From positions 1 through 53,173 of the forward strand of contig NIVC01002931.1 in assembly GCA_002269645.1 (NCBI GenBank): DNA of 53,173 nt, in the 5' to 3' direction. Positions 25,450 through 38,959 of the stretch are shown in pieces. Origin of the DNA: Macrostomum lignano. Taxonomy: Eukaryota. The notes under the pieces are model-generated. The model had not been told where the DNA came from, made no database searches, and was given only the letters and a program-made list of their open reading frames with translations. Numbering within the stretch: the first letter of the stretch is position 1; each line of letters begins with the position of its first letter. Made by a program: the position numbers and the translations under genes.

Positions 25450-26166
25450 CATTCTCTATCAATCCATGACTTTCGATGCATTATTTCGAAACCTTCAGCG
25501 CTCCCATCGCGCCCATCTTGCCCACCCACCGGCGCAACCTGACTTACGGCGACCCGCACCAGTTCACGCTTCAGAGGCTTCGCCACCAAACCCGACAGGG
25601 AAGGGTGGTAATTTTTCATATGCCGGAGAGCTCACTGCACAGCGTAAACTGAGGCTTTCAACAAACCGAGCTCCCACAGAATTTGCCGCCTCGGAGAATC
25701 TCTTCATCATATTTCATTATGTATCGCCTTCCAGCCTCCCCACGGTGGAAACACCTGCCCGCTTCATCCCAAATTCAAACAGGCCTAGCGCCCGCCCACT
25801 CAACGGCGCACGGGCTTGGTGTGTGTTTGTGCGCGGGGATTTCTGCCGACCAGGCCTTGATGGGATTCGCCGCCCCGGGGCTGCTGCGGTTGGGATGGCG
25901 GACAGGAGAGGAACACCCCCCCCCCCTACCAGCCGGCTCGGTTGGGGAGGTACCGGTGGCCGCCTCGTGCCGTGTTTGAGTCGGCAGGCAGCCGGCCATT
26001 GGCCAACCGGCAGCTGAGACGGCCAACCAACTGCCGCACGGCCAGCTTCCAGAGCCTGCATCTTGCCGGCGCATCCTCCTGGCCTCACTAATAAAAGCCC
26101 CGGACTCCAGCTGGCCGGCCGGCTTCGCTCGTCCTCCGTCCGAAAACAGACCAGAAACAGTGCAGC

Positions 26167-26325
26167 ATGCCGACAACCTGTGGCTTCCCCAACTGCAAGT
26201 TCCGGTCGCGCTACCGCGGCTCGGACGACAATCGGCATTTTTATCGGGTGCCGAAGAAGCCGGCGGTGTTGCGGGAGCGCTGGCTGGAGGCCATCGGGCG
26301 CACTGAGCAGACCATAGTGAGCCAG
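26167..26325 (+). CDS. CtBP: THAP-CtBP exon 1: N-terminal part of the THAP zinc finger (not in the ORF track)
   Basis: MPTTCGFPNCKFRSRYRGSDDNRHFYRVPKKPAVLRERWLEAIGRTEQTIVSQ closely matches the C. elegans CTBP-1 N-terminus as I recall it; donor CAG|GTAAGG, phase 0. Confidence 0.93.
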
Positions 26326-26805
26326 GTAAGGCCAAGCTCTTCATAGGGCCAACAGTCTGCCACCTGTGACACCTGTAGCTTTTTTTATCTAGGCAAGCAG
26401 AAAGCACATTTCAAACACTTTTCTCTTGTTCTGTCCTGTGTCAATAATCCGCGCGCCATTTTAGGAGGGGAAAGCGGTGATCGCCGCCCGGCCAGGTAAG
26501 TGGCGCAAGCCGCCGCCGCCGCTGCATTTCCTCTCATCGATGCCTTATGAGTCTAGCAGTTTGTTTATTGCTATTTCCTATTTGCTCTTTATCTAAGAAA
26601 TTTCCTCCAAATTCGTTTAACTCATTTTGCTTCGTTTTTTATTGACAGTGTAGACTTTTAACTCTACTTTGACTTTAACGCTAAATATGCTACAAGTGTC
26701 TTTGAATGTTTAGTTAAACGAATATGTCTTCAATATTTATCGGACTTTTATTAATCGCATTTGTACGTTTTAAATCTGTCTAAAACATACGTTTCTACAT
26801 GCGCC

Positions 26806-27786
26806 TAGAGAATTAGGGCAGGATCCAACTGAATTAGGACAGGATCCAGCTGAATTAGAACAGGATCCAAATGGATTAGGACAGGATCCAGCTGAATTAG
26901 GACAGGATCCAAATGGATTAGGACAGGATCCAGCTTGATTAGAACAGGATCCAGCTTGATTAGAACAGGATCCAGCTTGATTAGAACAGGATCCAGCTGA
27001 ATTAGTACAGGATCCAAATGGATTAGGACAGGATCCAGCTGAATTAGGACAGGATCCAACTGAATTAGGACAGGATCCAGCTTGATTAGGACAGGATCCA
27101 ACTGGATTAGGACAGGATCCAGCTGAATTAGAACAGGATCCAGCTGAATTAGGACAGGATCCAGCTGAATTAGGACAGTATCCAGCTGAATTAGAACAGG
27201 ATCCAGCTTGATTAGAACAGGATCCAGCTTGATTAGAACAGGATCCAGCTGAATTAGGACAGGATCCAAATGGATTAGGACAGGATCCAGCTGAATTAGG
27301 ACAGGATCCAAATGGATTAGAACAGGATCCAGCTGAATTAGGACAGGATCCAAATGGATTAGGACAGGATCCAGCTGAATTAGGACAGGATCCAACTGAA
27401 TTAGGACAGAATCCAACCGAATTAGGACAGGATCCAACTGAATTAGGACAGGATCCAACTGAATTAGGACAGGATCCAACTGAATTAGGACAGGATCCAA
27501 CTGAATTAGGACAGGATCCAGCTGAAGTAGGACAGGATCCAACTGAATTAGGACAGGATCCAAATGGATTAGGACAGGATCCAGCTGAATTAGGACAGGA
27601 TCCAACTGAATTAGGACAGGATCCAACTGAATTAGGACAGGATCCAACTGAATTAGGACAGGATCCAACTGAATTAGGACAGGATCCAACTGAATTAGGA
27701 CAGGATCCAGCTTGATTAGGACAGGATCCAACTGAATTAGGACAGGATCCAACTGAATTAGGACAGGATCCAACTGAATTAGGACT
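26806..27786. repeat. minisatellite, 21 bp unit (CtBP intron 1)
   Basis: (AATTAGGACAGGATCCAGCTG)n. Confidence 0.97.
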
Positions 27787-29514
27787 AGCTAAATTCGGTT
27801 GTATCCAGCCTGTTCAGTCAGTTGTTGCCAACAAAAACTGGGTCCCCAATCTGCAGTCCATGCTCTGTCGCTAATGAGCAGCACCACTATACAGCTATCA
27901 CCTTATTTCCCCTTAGGGCAGGATAATCGCTTGACTCAACTCTCTTTATGCATGCGAATACGGGGGCTGGCTTTGCGGCCCCGCAGAAGGACTGATGCGT
28001 GAGCCGCTGCTGTGGAAGGATGGTAGTCCGGACACCTGTTGAGCGAGGCGGGTACAGGCGTGCATGAGCACAGACACCTGGAGCACGCTGGGGATAACGG
28101 CTGAGAGAACACGCGTATACACACCGAGTGGACAATCAGAGGAGGTTATAATGAGAAGGCAGCGGAGTTGGTCCAATTTGCATGGCGACTTTGAGAAGAT
28201 AAGACTGGAGTAACAACTCGTTACTGGGCCAGTAGGAACGGCTCGATGGGAGGGGGATGGGTAGCTTGCAGAAAAAAAACTTTTCCATCTCAAATGGGCT
28301 CCTTGTGTGCTTTTTGAGTCTCTCTCTCTTCTATTTGCTTGCTGTGCCTAGCGTGTGTGTGTGTGTGTTTTCAGTTTGTGAATGGCTTGTGAAGAGCTCG
28401 TGAAGAACCGTGTATGATGCATGCTGGACAATTAAAAATATTCTCTTTTTTCCCTCTCCGGGGCCTGAGCATTATTGTAGCTCAACCTGCAGCTGCTTAT
28501 CATCATCCTTATCCCATCCGTGCAGCCGAATGTCAGGTGGCCCAGCAGTCGCGGCCAGCTCCCGGATAATGGGATACATGTAGGCCAGGGGCGGGGATAC
28601 GCGAGATGACAGTGAGGGCCCATTCCCAATCTGCCTCCTCGTCTCCCGGGTCGCGCACAAAAGCCAGGGGGGGGATAGCAAGGAGAAACATTAGCCTCTT
28701 TGAATCGCTACTTTTTATTTTGTTGTACCGGCCGGGGCCCCCCGTCCATTACGCAAGGTAAGGGAGATAGCGGGGAGGCTGAGATGGAGAGATGGCAGCG
28801 CAGCCTAAGGAGCTTAGGCAGGATGAATGCGGATCTCTCTTCACGGCAGCTTCCCGCCTTTCTTCCAGCCTCTCGCTCGGGGTCCCGCCCCATCTCCCAC
28901 CCAAACACTTAACTATTCGAGTCTGCCAGGCGGGCTGGAGCGATGCCAGGGGTGGGGCCTTATCCCCGTATCTGGTCCGCGCCCCATTCCCCCCAGTGGC
29001 CGTGTATCAAGGATCAATGCCGGAGCTGCCTCCGTGCCCCCCCCCCAACCCTACCGTCCGAGTCCAATTGCAAGTAAAAGAGGATGGTGAATATTTGCCA
29101 GGTAAGGCGTATCCGTTTACAAAGACTGAGGAGGCATGGAGACCCCGGCTCGGATTGGGAACATTCTCAATGCCCCCCCCTCTTTGCCTCGACTCGTTCT
29201 CAACCTTCCTTTGACAGAGAGGGTTTTGGAGCAGAGAATCCCGGCTCGAGAGACGATTGCCTGCTAATCGTGGCTGCTGCCATATCTTTTGCCTCGATCA
29301 TCTCTCAGCTTTTTTGTGCGTGTTGGCCGTCCCCTCCCCTCCCCCTGACTTCAATAGGTTCAATTTTAGTGACTGAGTTTTGGAGACTGACTCACCCAGG
29401 CTTTGGATTGCTACATCAGCTGGTTCGTTTGGTAGAGTCGGGGATTAGCTTGAATTTATGAGCAGAATTCAAACTCACAATAAATTATTCTGACGTTTTA
29501 AAATACATTCTCAG

Positions 29515-29758
29515 CTCCGCGTGTGCAGCGGCCATTTTCACGACGGCGAGAAAAAAGAAGGCGACGTGCCAGTAGCCGATCCGAGCGTCGACTCGCCTAT
29601 CAAAGTAGAACTGCCGCCGCGCAGCAACAAGGCCAGCGCCGAGCGCCGGGCCAAGCGGGCCAAGTTGGCCATTGAAAAGCAGCGCGGCAGTGCCGAGAGT
29701 CCGCAGAGCTCCAACAGCTCCTCAGCCTGCGTGCGCGAGCTGCTCAACTCCAGCCCGA
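29515..29758 (+). CDS. CtBP: THAP-CtBP exon 2: THAP C-terminal C57/H60 plus basic linker
   Basis: Acceptor TTCTCAG; LRVCSGHFHDGEKKEGDVPVADPSVDSPIKVELPP...; donor A|GTGAGT, phase 1. Confidence 0.92.
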
Positions 29759-29956
29759 GTGAGTTTGCGTATAATGGATATAAAACACTGATAGCCTGGT
29801 TAAGGCATTCACCCCGCTCTATGCAGTATAAAAAATACCAAACCTCAAGGATACCAACCCCCACTCCAGATAATAATAAAACTTAAGCACTGCTAACTGC
29901 CTGAAGTGAGGTGGGTGCCTTTAGAGCTTCGCGTTTGATTTTTGCTATTGGATTAA

Positions 29957-30215
29957 GTCACCCACCCCACTCTACACTATCTGAAAACAAACGCCCCTAA
30001 CTGGCTGAGGCACCCACCCCACTCCACGCAGTCATAAAACACAAACACCCCTAACTAGCTGAGGCACCCACCCCACTCCACGCAGTCATAAAACACAAAC
30101 ACCCCTAACTAGCTGAGGCACCCACCCCACTCCACGCATTCATAAAACACAAACACCCCTAACTGGCTGAGGCACCCACCCCACTCCACGCAGTCATAAA
30201 ATGCAAACACCCCTA
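29957..30215. repeat. minisatellite, 54 bp unit (about 4.8 copies; CtBP intron 2)
   Basis: CACCCACCCCACTCC recurs at 30011, 30065, 30119 and 30173. Confidence 0.93.
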
Positions 30216-30427
30216 ACGGGTTAAGATCTTCAGAGTCATATGGCACAGGGACCCAAAATTTGTTAGAGCATCTACCTTTGTCATGCAGTCCAAAAACGCA
30301 AAGAACCAACTTGATTGAAATTCCAACCCATTTATCACAATCGCACATCTCTATTCCTGAGTGAGTCAAACGCAGAACAAGGGCAAAGAAGACAAAAGAC
30401 AAACTTATCACCAGAACCGACTCCTAA

Positions 30428-31063
<636 letters not shown>

Positions 31064-31471
31064 TAATTTTATTTTCAAAAGCCAGAACCGCTTCCTGGAC
31101 CGAGCTGACTGGGATTTCCTTTGCTAGCCCTTCGAATGGGGCAGCCAGATGCCCGAGCTGATGCCAGCCCGCGGCGCACTGAGGGCCGTATTAGGGGCAG
31201 GTTGAATAGCCCCTGCCGACATGCGGGCGGCTCACCAACCATTCTTTGCCGACCCCGGCTGCTCTGGTCGGAGCAGGAGAAGGAGGTGGAGGAAGTGCCT
31301 ACAAATCTTATCTCCCACCGGGAGCAAGCCGCAGTGCAGGCTTAAGGATGGAGAGAGGGGCCACTCTCTGCCGAGAGTCGCAGCTGCATCCGGTCGCCAG
31401 GCCGTGGCAGCGCAGCTTCCAGGGGGCTTTTCTGCCTCTCTACTCCCACTATGCTCTCCGCCGACTTTCAG

Positions 31472-31616
31472 GTGCTCAACGAGGCCGTGGCCGCTCTAAT
31501 GTGGTCGTCAATTCACCTGGGCCGAGAGGAGCTGGCCCAGTTCAGGCAGCTCAAACTGCTTGTGCAGATTGGTCCCGGAAGCGAGAATATTGATTTGGCG
31601 GCTGCCCGCAGTCTCG
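31472..31616 (+). CDS. CtBP: THAP-CtBP exon 4
   Basis: Acceptor CTTTCAG; VLNEAVAALMWSSIHLGREELAQFRQLKLLVQIGPGSENIDLAAARSL; donor G|GTGAGT. Confidence 0.93.
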
Positions 31617-31944
31617 GTGAGTTCCGGTGAATGCTTTAAAGAGGGCCCCGGGCTTCTTGGCTGCTGCTCACCGCCAGCCGCCCACCAGCGTCCTCTTGGG
31701 CTGCGCCGCCTTCCTGGATGGGAGGGCCAGTCAGTCGGGGCAAACTTCGCTAGCTACTCATCGTTCTACTAATAGAAGCCGTTCTGGACTAAAAAAACGC
31801 GGAGAAACCGCTTTAGCGTGTCCGGGGCGAGGACGGGAGGCAACCTCTTTTGCTGATGGCTCCGCCGGACTCTTGACTCGACTCAAAAACGGGGGGATGA
31901 GGGCGGGGTTGGCCACTGGTTTTTCTTTAACTTAGTTACCCCAA

Positions 31945-32252
31945 GTCATTCTACCCTCCGGTCATTCTCTTGATAGAGCGGCACCACCCTCCGGTCATTC
32001 TCTTGATAGAGCGGCACCACCCTCCGGTCATTCTCTTGATAGAGCGGCACCACCCTCCGGTCATTCTCTTGATAGAGCGGCACCACCCTCCGGTCATTCT
32101 CTTGATAGAGCGGCACCACCCTCCGGTCATTCTCTTGATAGAGCGGCACCACCCTCCGGTCATTCTCTTGATAGAGCGGCGCCACTCTCCGGTCATTCTC
32201 TTGATAGAGCGGCGCTAACCTCCAGTCATTCCCTTGATAGAGCGGCGCCACC
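31945..32252. repeat. minisatellite, 33 bp unit (CtBP intron 4)
   Basis: (ATAGAGCGGCACCACCCTCCGGTCATTCTCTTG)n. Confidence 0.96.
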
Positions 32253-32894
32253 CTCTTTCTTTAGATGAAGCTTCGCTACCCTTCGATCCTTCGATGAGCC
32301 AAGGTGGAGCCTCTCCTACTGAGAATTCCTGTCCCCATCATTGCTTTGGCTATTGTAAAAACGAACCAAAGATCTGGTCCCGGTTTTGACCGCATATTTC
32401 ATTTCCTCCGAGCTACTCCTGCCAGTTCCCTTGGCTCCCATCTTTTTTACTATCCCTGCAGCCAGCAGAAGTCTCTGCCCCATCCACCCCCCACCGAGTT
32501 GCCGAGGGAGTGGCTGGCACGAGGCAAGGCCTCTGTGACACCGGTAGTGAGCCGCTAGCATCTCTCTATCCGACTCTGCCACCCCGGCCACCCCTCCAGC
32601 TTCTTTTCTTGGGTCTTTCTTTTCTCGTCATTCGTCTCATCTGTTTCTGGTGCGTCTGCAGCTGCAACACACACCGGCACCTGACTAATTAGGCCAAAGG
32701 TGGCTTGGTGGAAGGCGAAGCCCCCGGGGGCGGCTGGGGAACTCGCGGGCTCGAGAAAGCTTTTGGGAGAAGAGCGGAGAGGAAGCGAAAAAAGGAGCCG
32801 AGCTGAGGGGATTTTGGAGGATTTGTAGGAAAAGAAAAGTAACCAAATACATTTCCAGCCATCTCTCCACCGACTCCGGTGTATGCTCATGGAC

Positions 32895-33280
32895 CGCTGC
32901 TCACTCTTGCCTGGGCTGCCCGCCACTCTCCCAGGCCGCTCCTCACTTTTACCTGGGCTGCCCGCCACTCTCCCAGGCCGCTCCTCACTCTACCTGGGCT
33001 GCCCGCCACTCTCTCAGGCCGCTCCTCACTCTTACCTGGGCTGCCCGCCACTCTCCCAGGCCGCTCCTCACTTTTACCTGGGCTGCCCGCCACTCTCCCA
33101 GGCCGCTCCTCACTCTACCTGGGCTGCCCGCCACTCTCCCAGGCCGCTCCTCACTCTACCTGGGCTGCCCGCCACTCTCCCAGGCCGCTCCTCACTCTAC
33201 CTGGGCTGCCCGCCACTCTCTCAGGCCGCTCCTCACTCTACCTGGGCTGCCCGCCACTCTCTCAGGCCGCTCCTCACTCT
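32895..33280. repeat. minisatellite, 41-42 bp unit (CtBP intron 4)
   Basis: (CTCACTCTACCTGGGCTGCCCGCCACTCTCCCAGGCCGCTC)n. Confidence 0.96.
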
Positions 33281-34307
33281 TGATACTTTTTTGTCCTGTG
33301 CCTCGGCGAGCTCACATGGTTACCTGAGGATGTATAGATGGGAATATGAAGATGTGAAGAGGCGAGAGGCGGGCAGTCGGATTGGGGTCGGGAGTTGCTT
33401 AGCAGAAGCAGAAGAGTCGCCGCTGGTGGGTCGCGCAGTGCAGATTTTTACGGCTGGCCGAGCCGAGATTCGGGGGGCTGCTTTGAGTCGGCGAGGTTTT
33501 GGTTTACAGGCCGGCAGTCCTCCAATCTCCCATCTCGAGCTGGCGGTGAGGGATATCGCATTAGCTCGGCCACTCGCCTCTCCTCACCCCCCCCCCTGGC
33601 CCGTCATCACCCTTCCAGCATCCCGCCGGACCCACTCCAGGTGGGCTGCGGTTTCGATTGACCGAGAGGAGAAAGCAGATTATCCTCACTGGACGGCCTT
33701 CCATCGTCTCTGAGCCACTCCTTGCTTGGCCTGCCTCGCACTCTGCCCCGCTGCCCCAGCCTTCCAATATTCCACTTGAGGACCAGTGTGTGTGTGCGTC
33801 TGTGTGTGTGGCCGCGCCTGTCCCAGCTGATGGCTCTCGGATTGCTCTGTCGGCATGCCAAAAAGAGGAGGAGGAGGAGGAGGGCACGGGGAAGAAGGGA
33901 GCGAGTTACGGTGTGAATCAGAGCCTCAGACAGCCTCCCCGGGTGCTTCTGGAAGCGGAGCTTTCACACCTGGCAGAGCTCCCTCTCTCTCTCTGTCTTG
34001 GACCTCCCGCTGCTCTGTCTAATCCTTTCGCAGTCTCAAGTCCGGTCCAGTGGGCAGCGATCTGCCCCCCTCACCTCTGCTACCCCCCCAGGTCTCGAGA
34101 CTACTCAGCAGGAGTCTGGATTATTCGATTTGGCAGAAAATGAATAATAACAGTAGGAATTTTGCTGCCATTTTTTCAATAGTTTTTATACCGTTGAATA
34201 TGATTGGTAATTGAAAACTACAATAAATTAGATTAAGTAGAAGTTTTTTTGACAAACAAAAGATTCCAAGCTCTCCGATGGACCACTTAATTATTGTTGT
34301 TCTGACA

Positions 34308-34368
34308 GACCTTCTGGGCCTTCGGGACCTTCGGGACCTTCGGGACCTTCGGGACCTTCGGGACCTTC
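34308..34368. repeat. 9-bp tandem repeat just upstream of the exon 5 branch point
   Basis: five perfect GGGACCTTC copies plus two degenerate copies. Confidence 0.9.
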
Positions 34369-34403
34369 ACGACACTAACAGCAATAGCAATAACCGATTC
34401 CAG

Positions 34404-34613
34404 GCATCGCGGTCTCCTGCATCTCGGGCGCTTGCGTTGAGGAGACGGCGGACTCCACCATCTGCCTCATCCTGAACCTGTACCGCAAGACCCTCTTCCT
34501 GGCTAACAACTACGCCAAGGACAGCAACGGGGCCGTCAGCATCGACCGCATGGCCGAGCTGGCCTCGGGCGCCACCAGGATTCGAGGCCAGACTCTCGGC
34601 CTGGTCGGCTTCG
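34404..34613 (+). CDS. CtBP: THAP-CtBP exon 5
   Basis: Acceptor TTCCAG; GIAVSCISGACVEETADSTICLILNLYRK...ASGATRIRGQTLGLVGF; donor G|GTAAGG. Confidence 0.94.
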
Positions 34614-34724
34614 GTAAGGTTTCCGGGGTTGGGGTCGGCTCAGGGCTCAGCAGCTCTACCAGCTTGAGTCTTGCTCATATACCTGAACCTCAGACATCTT
34701 CATCAGTTAGAACACTATCAGCTG

Positions 34725-35175
34725 GAACAATGGTCCCATCATGATGAACCATGATCCCATCATGACGAACCCTGATCCCATCATGATGAACCCTGATCCC
34801 ATCATGATGAACCCTCATCCCATCATGATGAACCCTCATCCCATCATGATGAACCCTGATCCCATCATTATGAACCCTCATCCCATCATGATGAACCCTC
34901 ATCCCATCATGATGAACCCTGATCCCATCATGATGAACCCTGATCCCATCATTATGAACCCTCATCCCATCATGATAAACCCTCATCCCATCATGATGAA
35001 CCCTCATCCCATCATGATGAACCCTCATCCCATCATGATGAACCCTCATCCCATCATGATGAACCCTCATCCCATCATGATGAACCCTCATCCCATCATG
35101 ATGAACCCTCATCCCATCATTATGAACCCGGATCCCATTGTTCTGAACCCTTATCTCATAAATTTTTATCCCTGA
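34725..35175. repeat. minisatellite, 21 bp unit (CtBP intron 5)
   Basis: (CATCATGATGAACCCTCATCC)n. Confidence 0.96.
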
Positions 35176-36039
35176 TCTCATTAGTTTTATCTGTGATCCC
35201 ACAATAATCTAGGATCCCAAATCCCAAATTGTATTATTTAACCCCCTCCAACCGTGTATCTGCTGGGCAACCAAGAGCTCAGCATTGTTCACCTTATACT
35301 CAAGCAGTTACACAAGAGAGAATTCACAGGACTCCCTGGTCCGTGACACCGCGGCAGCTTTGGGCCTACAGGGACATCCCTTCACACACACTCACTCTAT
35401 CTCTCTGTTCTGCAGCTTCCAAGCCGCCTCATCGCCGCTGCCTTGGCCTCTCAGCTCCCAAGCTTGGCTTGGGGGAGGTTAATCAGATTGAGCATGCACG
35501 ATGAGTCCCCGAGGGGTCAGGTGGACTCTCCCGGCCCGTCTCGGAGCTGGCGGCTGGGAGGGGGATGGGTGGTGGCGAGCGGCGGCGGCGGCGGCGGCGG
35601 CTGACCCGGTCGGTGGTCAAGAGCTGTGGCGGCGGCCCGCGGAAATAGGCAATTTATTTCCTAATTAGAGCGGAACCTGCCGGCACTTCTCTAGCGATGA
35701 GCCTCGCCTCCTCTCTGACCCCCCCCCCCACTGCTCACCCCAGCCCCCTACCGCTGTTTCCCACCAGCCGTGCTGTCTTGAAGTAGCAAAAGTAACTCCG
35801 CTATTTAAGGTGAGCAATCGTTAATGCGGGGTTTATTGCCCCGCCCGGAGGGGCATTGGGATCTTTGGTCCATGAGACTCTATAGTGGTGTGGACTCAAA
35901 ACTGACTCCAGAGTCCTGTAGTAACCAAAGTTATTTAGCACAGGATCCTATCAGTTCACGGGGGCAACTAAACCCTGATATAATTTATTTTATTCCCAAT
36001 TACATTCTTTTCATCATCGATCCCAATATTTTGTAGCCT

Positions 36040-36680
36040 GATTCAATCATTCTGAACCTTGATCCCGTCATTTTGGACTTTGATCCGATCATTTTTTACT
36101 CTAATCCCATCATTTATTACTCTGATCTCATTATTTTACTCGGATACAAACATTTTTACCCCCGATCCTGTCATTTTTTGCTCTGATCACATCATTTTGA
36201 TCCCTGATCACATCATTTTGATCCCTGATAACATCATTTTGTTTCCTGATCCCATCATTTTTTACTCCAATCCCATCATTTTTATCCCTGATCCCATCAT
36301 TTTTACCCCCAATTCCGTCATTTTATGCTCTGATCCATCATTTTGATCCCTGATCCCATCATTTTGATCCCTGATCCCATCATTTTGATCCCTGATCCCA
36401 TCATTTTTATCCCTGATCCCATCATTTTTACCCCCAATTCCGTCATTTTATGCTCTGATCCATCATTTTGATCCCTGATCCCATCATTTTGATCCCTGAT
36501 CCCATCATTTTGATCCCTGATCCCATCATTTTGATCCCTGATCCCATCATTTTTAATCCCTGATCACATCATTTTGATCCCTGACCCCATCATTTTGATC
36601 CCTGATCACATCATTTTGATCCCTGACCCCATCATTTGAATCCCTGATCCCATCATTTTTTACTCTGATCCCATCATTCT
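36040..36680. repeat. minisatellite, 21 bp unit (CtBP intron 5)
   Basis: (GATCCCATCATTTTGATCCCT)n, more degenerate at the 5' end. Confidence 0.93.
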
Positions 36681-38959
36681 GAAACCAAATCAGCAGAAAA
36701 GTCCCGTTCTGTCAGTCCAATGGTTGGATTTGTCTGGCGCAGAATTCGCACTGAACACTCGACCGCCTTAAGCGGTTTGCAGCCCTTTGCTCACCCAGAT
36801 TTCGAACAAGTTCGGCGGCCACTTAGGTGTAGAAGCTCACCTGGACCCCCTTTTTGAGCAGACCGCCTCCCCCCCCCCCCAATCCGGCCAAATCCGCTCC
36901 CAATCTGGGGGGGGGGGGCGCCACTCCGATGGAAGCCGAAGCTTATAAGCGGGGATGTCTCGGGGCCAACAGCTGAAGTTCCTCATATGGGGGCGGCGGC
37001 TCTCGGCTGGCCTCCCAACTCGTTAGACTCGAGCAGGCAGCCCGCCTCCTGTCGGAAATAAGAGGAGGCCAGGGGATCAGCCAGGTAGGGGCCGCGGCTC
37101 TCTCAGACGGCGAGCGGGGCGAAGTCGGCGGCCGCGCAAAATGAAAGGGGAAAAGATTGCGCCGAGCAGAAGGGAAGCGAAATGCGTTTTGAGAGCATTG
37201 GAGACTGGGAAGAGGGGGGACCGGGAGCAAGATGAGGCTGGGGAGAGAGAGAGAGAGAGAAAGGGTTAAATCTTGGGAGTAAATCCCCAGGATTCCAAGC
37301 TCGGGGCTGGGCGAGCTTTCAGAGAAAGGATGAGGCTGCGGGCTGGAGATGGGGGCTGATGGGGCTGCTGCAGCGAGGCTGGGAGGCTGGGAGCGGCCTG
37401 GAAATAATGATGAGCTCAGGTAGGCCCGGGACCGTAATCCCGCTTCACCTACCAGTCAGCCGCAGCCTCCGGGAACGTCACTTAATTAGCGTCGTCCTCC
37501 CAGCCTTCCCGTCCTTCCCTCCTCCTTCGCCCCGCTGTCTCCCTCCGCCTTCTTTTCCTCTTCTTTGCTCCCACTCTTGCAGGCCAACTTTCGCCCTCTC
37601 CTCCTCACTTTCTCGGCCGGCCTGTCAAATCCAAGCCGCGGCTCGGCCGCTCTCCAGCTCCAAGCCGGCCGCCGCTTCAGCTGCGCCCGTAAAGGCGGGG
37701 CTTTGGAGGGGGGTTTGCGGATGAAGCTTCTCAGGGCGGGGACAAAATCCCCTCCAGGGTCTCTTCGTTTTTCTCCTCCATCTTTCTCTCTCTCTCTCTC
37801 TAATCTCGCAGCCACACCCTGACACTCTCCGCTACATTCGGCCAGCCTTCTGTCTCTGCCACCCTCACCACCCACCTATGGCGCATCGGACCAGGTGTCC
37901 AAGAAATAGAGAGAGCGAGAGAGGGGGGAGGCTGCTTCCTACTCCTAAAAAAGCGGAGCTCTCCGAGAGAGCGGACTGGAGTCCGCGGACCAGCTGCGTC
38001 CCTGATTGCATTAAGCCGCCCGGGCGGCCCTGAGGACCTTTGGCGTAGCCTCATCAAACCGGCGTACGAACCCCCCTCCGGGATCCTCCGCTTCCCATTT
38101 TTAAACTGTTTCACTCTGACTGAGCTGGCAGGTGTGTCTCATCGCCTGTTGCTCCGTCGGAGGTCCCGGATTCGAGTCGCAGCAGAGGAAATTTAGTAGG
38201 AGAGCTGAGCAGCCCAGTGGCCGCTAGCAATACTAATACTCTGCCTTCACTGTTTCTTTTGCTTTGCCCCCAGGGCAGTGGCCCAGCAGGCAAAAGGGAT
38301 TATCTTTTCCCTTTTCCTCTCCTGGTCCTGCCTCCTCCCTGCCTCCCTCCCCGTGTCCTCGCCTTCCGCGCTCCTTTATCTCAATCCGTCTTCCTCTCTA
38401 CCAAACTCGCCTTTCTCTTCCTCTCGGACAGCGCAGCATTGATTTACCTGACTGGCCGAAAGTGAGGCAAAAACTATGCCTATACTATGAGGCGGAGAAG
38501 CTGGGGGACAGGTTGGCGCTCGGACTCGCAGCCTCCCAGCTGCCGCATCACTGCAACTCAAAGCTACAGCTTCTCTCTACGCTGCTCGCCTCACCCAGAT
38601 TTTGTTCCGCATGGATTTTTTATGTCAGTTACAGCTCCGGTTTGTGGTGGGGGGGGGGCACCCCCTGCCAGTCCCCGGCCGGCTGTAACAGGTCAATAAA
38701 ATGTTTGATCCCCAGGCCCAGCGGTGACTTCTCCCGTTCCGCATCACTCCCATGTCTCCATTGATGACATCCCAGAGATATCTTCCAGCTACCCCGCCGC
38801 TCCCATTTTTATCCTCATGCAATCATTCGTTGAGGGGTCGCGAGAGCCCGCCGTGCTCAAAATTAATATGCTGGAATTTTCTTAGCAGAGAGGGGAGACG
38901 CTGGCAAAACTCCACGGTTCCCCTTCAGCCTCACTGACTCCCGAGATATTTTGCCTCCT

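Noticed and set aside
26805-27773. 322-aa DPVLIQL repeat ORF antisense to CtBP
   Set aside because: 21-bp array in intron 1; a 3n unit length explains the open frame.
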